40,456 nt of DNA from Rickettsiales bacterium (GTDB taxonomy: Bacteria > Pseudomonadota > Alphaproteobacteria > Rickettsiales > UBA1997): contig JAOFKK010000001.1 in assembly GCA_028040005.1 (NCBI GenBank), positions 1-40,456 of the forward strand, written 5' to 3'. Shown here one piece after another: positions 9,164 through 17,147 of the stretch. Every line of letters starts with the position of its first letter. Positions within the stretch are counted from its first letter, which is position 1. A program made the position numbers and the translations under genes. Below the pieces are notes generated by a model that saw nothing but the letters and a program-made list of their open reading frames with translations, searched no databases and had not been told where the DNA came from.

Positions 9164-9507
9164 ACAATAAATTCAATAATTTACTAGATAAATTTCCGCA
9201 TTTAGCATTATATTTACTTAAAACATTAATTCCTATTTTATCAGTGATTTTTGTTTTATCCTTTATTACCCTTTCAACTGAATTATTATGTCCAGACCAA
9301 GTTTTGGCAATTTTATTTGATATAGATGAAGATTATGAGCCAACTAAAAGATATCTTGCTTTTGAACAATTTATCAATTCTGGAAAGGAATTTATTTATT
9401 ATATCATTGATCAAATAGCAAATTTCTTTAAATATATGCTTCATGATTTAATGCCAAATCATCATTTTGGTGATTTTACCAGACCAACAAAATGTTTAGA
9501 AAAATAA
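9160..9507 (+). CDS. Small membrane protein, paralog A
   Basis: One TM segment; the start overlaps the ruvB stop (ATGA). It shares the block ...CP..(I/V)L..LFD......Y....F.QFI..G.EFI.Y.ID... with the next ORF. Confidence 0.5.
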   Translation: MNNKFNNLLDKFPHLALYLLKTLIPILSVIFVLSFITLSTELLCPDQVLAILFDIDEDYEPTKRYLAFEQFINSGKEFIYYIIDQIANFFKYMLHDLMPNHHFGDFTRPTKCLEK

Positions 9508-9517
9508 TATTATAATA

Positions 9518-9919
9518 ATGTTTTCATCTATTGTCGATTTATTTCGAAGAGTTCCTATAACTGCCCTAGTGTTATTTTATGGTTTTATACCTACCATATT
9601 TTTATCTCTAACTGTTATTTTTATTATGCTTCATGTAGGGGCAATTTGTCCCACAACAATATTAGATTTATTATTTGATAATAATGAGTCAAATTACTAC
9701 CAGATAACCTTCCAATTTATTGATGCAGGTCAGGAATTTATTGGATATTTTATCGATATTATGTTCAACCTTATTAAAGCTACATTTGACGCCCTATTAG
9801 GTGATGAAAATTTTCTTGATTCCTTCACCTCAAATGGTGGGCAATGTCCCGATGTCGAATTTCCTATCCAGCCACTAGAAGAGATTGAAAATTTAAAAGA
9901 TAATTTAAATAATGACTAA
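9518..9919 (+). CDS. Small membrane protein, paralog B
   Basis: Tandem paralog of 9160..9507 (see the shared block there). Confidence 0.5.
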   Translation: MFSSIVDLFRRVPITALVLFYGFIPTIFLSLTVIFIMLHVGAICPTTILDLLFDNNESNYYQITFQFIDAGQEFIGYFIDIMFNLIKATFDALLGDENFLDSFTSNGGQCPDVEFPIQPLEEIENLKDNLNND

Positions 9920-10028
9920 ATTTTAAATTTAGCTATAGGAGTCTGTCGAAAAACTAAAATATGCATTTAGCAAAATTCTAATTTTTAGCTTTCTAACAGA
10001 TTCTTATAAAATAAAGATGATAAATTAA

Positions 10029-11033
10029 ATGATAGAAAAATTTCTAAGATTAACAATTGAAAAAAACGGGTCCGATTTACACCTATCCTCCAATAATGTC
10101 CCAACAGTTAGGGTTGATGGTGATTTGGTTAAAATTGGGTGGGAAAAATCCATTCCTGAATTTATCAATGAATCTGCCAAAAAAATATTATCAAAAGAAA
10201 AATTCCAAATATTTATCAGCGGCGATGAAGTTGATTATTCTTTTAGATATAATAAAGATTATCGTTTTAGAATTAACTGCTTCCACAATATTAATGGCCC
10301 CTCTATTAGTTTTCGTTGCTTAAAAAATAATATTCTATCTTTAGAAAAAATAATGGCTCCCGAAACTTTCAAAAAATTGTGCCACCTAGAAAAGGGCTTA
10401 ATTATCGTTTCTGGCGCTACAGGCTCAGGAAAGTCAACCACATTAGCCGCGATGATAGAATATATTAATCATAATTTTACAAAACATATTATATCAATAG
10501 AAGATCCAATTGAATATATCCATGATAGCGAAAAAGCTTTAATTGAACAAATTGAAATTGGCCAAAATACCCGGTCATTTTCCCACGCTCTTAAACATTC
10601 TATGCGTCAAGATCCTGATATTATTGTAATTGGCGAGGTCAGAGATCTTGAAACTATGAGATTAGCACTTACCGCCGCTGAAACTGGTCATTTAGTATTT
10701 GCAACCCTACATACTAACTCATCCTATCAAGCAATTAATAGAATTATTGATGTTTTTCCTGAAAATGACAAAAACACCGTTCGTTCCATGTTATCACTTT
10801 CTTTAAAAGGCGTGATATGTCAAAAATTAGTTAAAAAGAAAAAAGGTGGCAGATGTGCAGCTTTTGAAATTATGGTTGCAACTTCAGCGATACAAAATTT
10901 AATTAGAAGTAATAATATTCATAATCTTCACTCATCTATTGAAACAGGGTCAAAATTTGGAATGACAACTATGGATCAATATTTAAAAAAATTAACCAAT
11001 GAAAATATCATTGATCCAATACATTCATTTTAA
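10029..11033 (+). CDS. pilT: PilT-family type IV pilus retraction-type ATPase
   Basis: GSDLHL, Walker A GATGSGKSTTLAAM, SIEDPIEY, DPDIIVIGEVRD and GHLVFATLHT. Confidence 0.88.
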   Translation: MIEKFLRLTIEKNGSDLHLSSNNVPTVRVDGDLVKIGWEKSIPEFINESAKKILSKEKFQIFISGDEVDYSFRYNKDYRFRINCFHNINGPSISFRCLKNNILSLEKIMAPETFKKLCHLEKGLIIVSGATGSGKSTTLAAMIEYINHNFTKHIISIEDPIEYIHDSEKALIEQIEIGQNTRSFSHALKHSMRQDPDIIVIGEVRDLETMRLALTAAETGHLVFATLHTNSSYQAINRIIDVFPENDKNTVRSMLSLSLKGVICQKLVKKKKGGRCAAFEIMVATSAIQNLIRSNNIHNLHSSIETGSKFGMTTMDQYLKKLTNENIIDPIHSF

Positions 11034-11038
11034 CAAAT

Positions 11039-11971
11039 ATGAGTAATTTTGCAATTAATATTAAAAATCTTCAAAAAACCTACAATAAAGGTAAGAAATC
11101 TGAAAAAATCGCTCTAAAAAATATTAATTTAGAAGTTGAAAAGGGGTCATTCTTTGGTCTTTTGGGCCCTAATGGTGCTGGCAAATCTACCATTATCAAT
11201 ATTATGGCCGGTTTAGTTAAAAAAACTTCAGGCATGGTAGAAATTTGCGGTTTTAACATTGAAAAAGAACCAAATAAAGCCAAAAAAGAAATTGGCATAG
11301 TACCTCAAGAGCTTTTCATTGATCCATTTTTTAATGTTTTTGAAACATTAGAAATTTATGCTGGCTATTATGGTGTTCAAAAAAGAGATCGTAAAACTGA
11401 AGAAATTATAACAGCGCTTGGACTAAAAGATAAAATAACTGCCAAACCCAGATCGCTTTCCGGGGGTATGAAAAGACGACTCCTAGTAGCAAAATCATTA
11501 GTACATAATCCTCAAATTGTAGTTTTGGATGAGCCAACAGCAGGTGTTGATGTAGAATTGCGCGATAATCTTTGGTCCTATATTAAAAAACTTAATAAGG
11601 AACAAAAAACTACCATTATTTTAACCACTCATTATTTAGAAGAAGCAGAAGAATTATGCGACCAAATTGCTATCATCGATAATGGTTCAGTCATTAAATG
11701 CGATAAAAAATCCAACTTAATGAACTCCCTAGATGAAAGGGAAATAATTATTGATATTGCTGATCAAATTACCAAAATTCCAGATATTATATCTTCTAAA
11801 TTATCCGCTAATTTAATCAATAATAACAAGATAGCCATCAACTATAAATCTTGTGACATAGAATTTTATAAAATTCTTGATATTTTAAATCAATCAGGCC
11901 TTAAAATAACTGACTTTGAAACTAAAAGAGCCGATTTAGAAAAGATTTTTAAATATTTGATAAAAAAATAA
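11039..11971 (+). CDS. ABC transporter ATP-binding protein (ABC-2 type)
   Basis: Walker A GPNGAGKST, signature LSGGMKRR, Walker B VVLDEPTAGVD. Confidence 0.9.
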   Translation: MSNFAINIKNLQKTYNKGKKSEKIALKNINLEVEKGSFFGLLGPNGAGKSTIINIMAGLVKKTSGMVEICGFNIEKEPNKAKKEIGIVPQELFIDPFFNVFETLEIYAGYYGVQKRDRKTEEIITALGLKDKITAKPRSLSGGMKRRLLVAKSLVHNPQIVVLDEPTAGVDVELRDNLWSYIKKLNKEQKTTIILTTHYLEEAEELCDQIAIIDNGSVIKCDKKSNLMNSLDEREIIIDIADQITKIPDIISSKLSANLINNNKIAINYKSCDIEFYKILDILNQSGLKITDFETKRADLEKIFKYLIKK

Positions 11972-11972
11972 A

Positions 11973-12644
11973 TTGAAAATTAACATTTTTACCCTTTTTC
12001 CAGAAATTTTCTCCTCCTACTTATCTTGTGGCGTTATTTCTCGTGCTTTTGAAAAAGATATTTGTCAATTAAATCTTGTTAATATTCGTGATTTTGCCAA
12101 TAATAAGCGCCAAGATGTTGATGATTACCCTTTTGGTGGCGGTGCTGGCATGATTTTACGCCCTGATATTATTGGCAATGCCATTGATTCTCAAAAATTT
12201 AATCCCCATAAGAATAAATTTATTATTACATCACCAAAAGGTAAAAAATTTGATCAAAAAATGGCACAAAATTTAAGTCAAGAATCTGAAATTTCTATTC
12301 TTTGTGGCCGTTATGAGGGTATTGACCATCGCGTTATTACAGAATATAAAATGGAAGAAATTTCAATAGGAGATTACATATTATCAGGTGGTGAATTACC
12401 AGCACTTACCATGATTGACGCCATTTTGCGCAATATTTATGGGGTTTTAGGTAATCATGATTCATTAAATGAAGAAACATTTAATGATGATTTTTTAGAA
12501 TATCCACAATATACTAGACCAAGGGAATGGAAAAATCACAAAGTTCCAGATATTTTATTATCTGGCAATCATGCCAAAATTAAAGAATGGCAAGAAAAGA
12601 ATAATACCAAAATTAATATAAATAATGACAGTAAAAATAATTGA
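11973..12644 (+). CDS. trmD: tRNA (guanine37-N1)-methyltransferase TrmD (TTG start)
   Basis: FTLFPEIF, GGGAGM, CGRYEGIDHRV, SIGDYILSGGELPA. Confidence 0.93.
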   Translation: MKINIFTLFPEIFSSYLSCGVISRAFEKDICQLNLVNIRDFANNKRQDVDDYPFGGGAGMILRPDIIGNAIDSQKFNPHKNKFIITSPKGKKFDQKMAQNLSQESEISILCGRYEGIDHRVITEYKMEEISIGDYILSGGELPALTMIDAILRNIYGVLGNHDSLNEETFNDDFLEYPQYTRPREWKNHKVPDILLSGNHAKIKEWQEKNNTKININNDSKNN

Positions 12645-13500
12645 CGGTAAAAAAATAGCAAATAACCTAAAGCAAAATATTGCGCAAGAAGTGCAGCAAA
12701 TTAAGCAACAATATAATATTACCCCAACAATTGCAGTTATTTTAGTGGGTGACGATCCTGCTAGTAATATTTATGTTAGCGCCAAAGAAAAACAAGCCAA
12801 AGCAATTGGAATAAACTCATTAAAAATTACCCTTCCAAATAATATTAGCCAAAAAGATCTATTATCCCAAATTACAAAACTGAACAATGATCCTAAAATT
12901 CATGCTATTTTAGTGCAATTACCCCTACCGCAACATATTAATAGTGATAAGGTGATAGAAACTATCAACCCTGATAAGGATGTAGATGGCTTTCATATTA
13001 TTAATGTTGGTAAATTAACCATTGGCAAAATTGATCAAGCAATAATACCTTGTACCGCCATTGGCTCATTACATTTAATTGAAACAGTTGAGCCTGACAT
13101 TACTGGTAAAAATATCCTAGTTATCGGCTCTTCCAATATTGTTGGAATGCCATTATCTCGGCTCTTAATGCATAAAAAAGCCACTGTTACAATTGCCAAT
13201 AGCAAAACCCGCAATCTTAAATTTCTCTGTCAAAATGCTGATATTATTATCTCGGCCACTGGTGTTGCAGGCTTGGTAACAGCAGATATGATTCATCAAA
13301 ATAGTATCTTAATTGATGTTGGCATTAACCGCATTACAAAAAATGATGGTACAACCAAATTAATTGGCGATATTGATTTTGATAATTGCTCCAAAATTGC
13401 CAAAGCCATTACACCAGTACCAGGTGGCGTTGGTCCAATGACAATTGCTTATTTATTACAAAATTGCCTCAATTTATGTAAAAAATTAGAAGGGATATAA
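12625..13500 (+). CDS. folD: Bifunctional methylenetetrahydrofolate dehydrogenase/cyclohydrolase FolD
   Basis: IIDGKKIA, VGDDPAS.IYV, ILVQLPLP, DKDVDGFH, TPVPGGVGPMT. Confidence 0.95.
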   Translation: MTVKIIDGKKIANNLKQNIAQEVQQIKQQYNITPTIAVILVGDDPASNIYVSAKEKQAKAIGINSLKITLPNNISQKDLLSQITKLNNDPKIHAILVQLPLPQHINSDKVIETINPDKDVDGFHIINVGKLTIGKIDQAIIPCTAIGSLHLIETVEPDITGKNILVIGSSNIVGMPLSRLLMHKKATVTIANSKTRNLKFLCQNADIIISATGVAGLVTADMIHQNSILIDVGINRITKNDGTTKLIGDIDFDNCSKIAKAITPVPGGVGPMTIAYLLQNCLNLCKKLEGI

Positions 13501-13510
13501 TATTATAGGG

Positions 13511-14608
13511 TCATATGCTGAGTGTGCCTTCTCCTACTCTTATTTTCGCTTCTACTGGCTTCGGACTTACACTAGGACGACGATCACCCATTCCAATTCC
13601 CCCCCGTTCCAAATTATAATTGGCAAAAACTGGACAATCATCATGTTTTTTTTTATCTTCTTGTTTCTTGTATTGATTACCTTTATGAATATTATTCATT
13701 TGATGGATAGTCTCACCTATGGCAGCAGCCAATCTTGGATTTATCGCAGCAACTTGACCAATATTACTAATATTTATATCATTTGCATTTTTCTCAAGAG
13801 CTGCGAATTCATCTTTTGAAAAATGAAAAACTGTTTTTACTCCATTACCCTCTTTAAATTCTTCTTCTAAACCATTTGATTTTATACATAAATAATAACC
13901 ATTTGTTTTATCTTCAACTAATTTTCCAGTACATGTAATTTTTGGTTTATAAATTGTATTTTGTTCTGTTATGTTATATTCTTTTTCTAAATATTGCCTA
14001 GCAAGCCCTGTATTTATAGTCTTATCTTCTAAAATTAAGTCCTTATATTCTACTGCATCTAGTCCAAATTTTTCCCTAATAGCTTTTATATTATCGCCAC
14101 TGCCTTCTAATCCAAATTTTCTCTTTAATTCTTCCCAATATTTGTTAACCGCCTCATTATCACCACCATAAGCAGCAAATTCTAGAAAATGCTTAAAATA
14201 TTGCTTAGGATCATCTTCTGCAAAATGAAATTCCGGCTGACCAATAGTGCAGGAAATTCCATTATCTTGTGCTTGTCTAAGTGCATTATCGACTGTAATA
14301 AATGTTTCTCTATTACCAAAATCCGTCAGGTAACTTACATCGTCAACTATAACTGAATATCCTAATTTAATTAATTGAGGAATATAATCTTTTTTTTCTT
14401 CTGGTATAATAGCCATCAAATTACCTACAACTTTAGAACGCAATCCATCCAATCCTCCTATCAAGCCTTCAACATCGACATCTGCCCAATTATCATTATG
14501 CAATATAACAAGAGATTCTCGACTAATATCACCTTGTATAAATTCTGAAACATCATGTATGGCACAAGTTTTTGAAGCTAAATTTGCAAACATTACATTA
14601 ATCGTCAT
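13511..14608 (-). CDS. Orphan hypothetical protein (365 aa) with an in-frame G7 tract near the 3' end
   Basis: ORF track entry; I recognise no domain. The C7 run on the plus strand at 13599-13605 encodes ERGGIG. The stop lies 10 nt from the folD stop (convergent). Confidence 0.6.
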   Translation of the reverse strand: MTINVMFANLASKTCAIHDVSEFIQGDISRESLVILHNDNWADVDVEGLIGGLDGLRSKVVGNLMAIIPEEKKDYIPQLIKLGYSVIVDDVSYLTDFGNRETFITVDNALRQAQDNGISCTIGQPEFHFAEDDPKQYFKHFLEFAAYGGDNEAVNKYWEELKRKFGLEGSGDNIKAIREKFGLDAVEYKDLILEDKTINTGLARQYLEKEYNITEQNTIYKPKITCTGKLVEDKTNGYYLCIKSNGLEEEFKEGNGVKTVFHFSKDEFAALEKNANDINISNIGQVAAINPRLAAAIGETIHQMNNIHKGNQYKKQEDKKKHDDCPVFANYNLERGGIGMGDRRPSVSPKPVEAKIRVGEGTLSI

Positions 14609-14684
14609 AATTTTATTATTAAATTGTTTTAATATTTATAGTTGATTTTTTAAAATATAAATATATAATTTTACCCTCTATTGG

Positions 14685-14760
14685 GGGTGATTAGCTCAGC
14701 TGGTAGAGCATCTCCCTTACAAGGAGGAGGTCGGCGGTTCGATCCCGTCATCACCCACCA
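14685..14760 (+). tRNA. tRNA-Val (anticodon TAC)
   Basis: Cloverleaf folded by hand. Acceptor GGGTGAT/ATCACCC, D-arm GCTC..GAGC, anticodon stem TCTCC/GGAGG with loop CTTACAA, T-arm GGCGG TTCGATC CCGTC, and an encoded CCA. Confidence 0.95.
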
Positions 14761-14768
14761 CTTCATTA

Positions 14769-15975
14769 TCATCTTCTATCCCCATCCCCATTACTTAGTT
14801 TTGCCATATTTGTTATTGTAAATCCACCTGGTGTCACTGTGCGATTTCCTTGGGAAGGATTAGGACTAGGACTATTACTATTACTAGAACCGCTCCGTTT
14901 TGGACTTTGTTGTCTCCCGCTACTGTTTGCGCCTGGATGTCCTTCTGCTCGTTCATCACTTCTCCTACCCACAGTATGTGCTGGAGGCGCCAAATCACTT
15001 CCTTGTGCATCTAGTGAATTAGCTACATTACCTCCTTCAATACCAAGACCACCCTGTTGCGCCTTACCTCCTTTGTCAAGACGTTCTTTTTTTTCTATGT
15101 CGTCAAGACGTTTGTTGATTCTGTCTATGTCGTAAGATTCGTGAACTCCTTGTACTAACTCTATTGCTTTAGACTTACTTTTAAATACTGCATAAGTTGC
15201 ATCTGCTAATATATCGTCTTTTGTGGATTTAGAGGCGTTATCGTAGAACATACCGCCATATTGATTTGCAAATGACTGAAGTAATAGTCTTGTTATCTTC
15301 TCATTTGTACCATCCTTCTCATTATATTCCTTATATTCCTTGCAAACCGTAACCATCATATTAAAAAAATCATCCCTAGCTAGAGTTCTGGCGCGAGAAA
15401 GATGTTGAAAGACATAATAATATGTTTTTGCTTGTTGATCACGTCGATATTCTACTAACCTATCTACAAATTCATCTACATTATCTTCTGTAATAGTACT
15501 TTTTGTGACGGCGTTTTTTAACTGTGGTAAGTAACCTCCTGACCTTTGTAATGCTTTACTATCGTCTACTACTTTAGGTATATGTATTAATTCTTTATCT
15601 TCAGAAAGGGCTGCTAGTCTGAATACATCATCAATTTGTTCATCTTTATCAACACCTAAAACCTCAGAAGCTAATTCTGTAATTAAAATTGCCCGCTTTC
15701 GTAGCGTCTTTCCCGCTACTACTGCAATTTGAACTCCGTCTTTGAAGGCACCGCCGCTATCCTTGCCATTAGCAGCTCTATTTATTAAAACAACAATATC
15801 CTCCGGTCTTAATTCAGCTAGACTACTAAGGCCGTATTCCTTTAGATTTTCTGTTAATTTGTCTGATAATTGTTTTACATATTCTTTTAATTTCTCTTCA
15901 TTTTCTGCTGGAGCAGGTGGGACGACTTCACCCCCCCCAAACTGCCTTTGCTAACTTATCTATATCTAATGCCAT
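14769..15975 (-). pseudogene. Orphan ~400-aa gene interrupted by a G8 homopolymer frameshift (phase-variable, a pseudogene, or an assembly error)
   Basis: The ATG at 15975 reads MALDIDKLAKAVWGG and then hits TGA at 15928-15930. The adjacent frame is open from 15950 to the stop at 14769 but has no ATG for 197 codons, until 15359 (hand translation). Removing one G from the tract fuses the two frames. Confidence 0.6.
15931..15938 (-). repeat. Homopolymer tract: C8 on the plus strand, G8 on the coding strand
   Basis: Read directly from the sequence: ttca-cccccccc-aaactg. Confidence 0.95.
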
Positions 15976-16004
15976 AATATTTAAAATTTGTTAATATTTA
16001 TCCA

Positions 16005-16946
16005 TTATATCATATTTTTTAACCTAATGCAAGTTTTTATATTTACAAAATCATTAAAGCCGCTACCAGCAAATTTTTTTGCTTTATTAATATCATCTAT
16101 TTGTAAATAGGCGGTTAAAATTTTAAGCCTTTCTTGCAATAATTTTTGCTGTTTTTCTGACGTAAATTGTTCTAAAATTAAAGATTTGTCAATATCGACT
16201 TGATTAATATTATTATAATTATCCTCAAAAATTTTATAATATTTATCAATATTATTTTTATTTAATTTAAAAATTTCTTGCCATATTTTGGGGTTTGAAT
16301 TTTCTATCCTTAAGTGTTTTTTTAAAGATTGTGGTAAGTTATCTGGCCGCTTCTCCTTAAATTTAAAGCTAATATATTGCGGTAAATGAGAAATTAAGCA
16401 AAATATTTGATCATGATTATAAACATCTAAAATCTCAATTTGTGAGCCAATTTTTTGCCATAAATGGCTTATTTTGGCAATATTTTGTTGATTTTGACAA
16501 AATTTGGTAATTATTAATTTTTTTTGATCAAATAAATCAGGATCAGCATTTTCAATTCCCGAAGATTCCTTACCTGCAATTGGGTGGGTGGGAATAAAAT
16601 TATCTTTTTCATTAAAAATTTTAAAATATAAATTTTCAGGATATTGCTTGACTGAGCCAATATCAGTGATTAAAGCTTGATATTGACAATTTTTAATCTT
16701 TTGAAAAATATCTTCATAAGCAAAAAGTGGTGCGGCAATAATAATTAAATCATTTTTTGTTAAATTTTGGTCAAAATTAAATTTACCATCAATAATTTGA
16801 TTTTTTAACGCAAAATCCAATGATTTTTCACTGCGATTATGGGCTAAAATTTGTTTTGCTAATTTTTTTTGTTTAATTGCCATGGCAAGTGAACCACCAA
16901 TAAGACCAAGACCAATTATAATTATATTATTAAAAATTTGAGTCAT
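16005..16946 (-). CDS. tyrA: Prephenate/arogenate dehydrogenase family protein
   Basis: N-terminal Rossmann motif IIIIGLGLIGGSLA and the THPIAGKE motif typical of TyrA-family enzymes. Confidence 0.8.
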   Translation of the reverse strand: MTQIFNNIIIIGLGLIGGSLAMAIKQKKLAKQILAHNRSEKSLDFALKNQIIDGKFNFDQNLTKNDLIIIAAPLFAYEDIFQKIKNCQYQALITDIGSVKQYPENLYFKIFNEKDNFIPTHPIAGKESSGIENADPDLFDQKKLIITKFCQNQQNIAKISHLWQKIGSQIEILDVYNHDQIFCLISHLPQYISFKFKEKRPDNLPQSLKKHLRIENSNPKIWQEIFKLNKNNIDKYYKIFEDNYNNINQVDIDKSLILEQFTSEKQQKLLQERLKILTAYLQIDDINKAKKFAGSGFNDFVNIKTCIRLKNMI

Positions 16947-16982
16947 ATTTAATAAAATTTAAAGAATATTTTGATATTTGCA

Positions 16983-17033
16983 AGACCTTTGCAATTGAAG
17001 TAGTTTGATCAGAAAATGCAATTGCAAAGGTCT
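16983..17033 (+). promoter_or_regulatory. Perfect 15-bp-stem hairpin in the divergent tyrA/metE intergenic region
   Basis: AGACCTTTGCAATTG (16983-16997) pairs with CAATTGCAAAGGTCT (17019-17033) across a 21-nt loop, followed by CATTTTG. Function unknown. Confidence 0.3.
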
Positions 17034-17147
17034 CATTTTGTAAGAAGGTATGATTAATAGCAATTAAATTCATCGAATATTCTTGTTTTTTTAATAAGGT
17101 AAAATAATATTGTCAAACTAGTTTATGAATTGAATATAATAATAAAA

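Noticed and set aside
14839-15954. Plus-strand ORFs 14839..15135 and 15742..15954
   Set aside because: They are antisense shadows inside the G+C-richer minus-strand gene. Their translations are Leu/Pro/Ser-rich, as expected from reading the opposite strand.
16947-17147. Cobalamin or SAM riboswitch upstream of metE
   Set aside because: I could not find a B12-box-like GCCACTG core or a recognisable SAM-II/SAM-V pseudoknot consensus by eye. Only a plain hairpin is present, and it is reported separately at low interest.
17130-17147. TTG start for metE at 17130
   Set aside because: The ATG at 17148 gives the N-terminus MVKSANLGFSRVG, which is typical of MetE. The extra MNIIIK extension is unnecessary.
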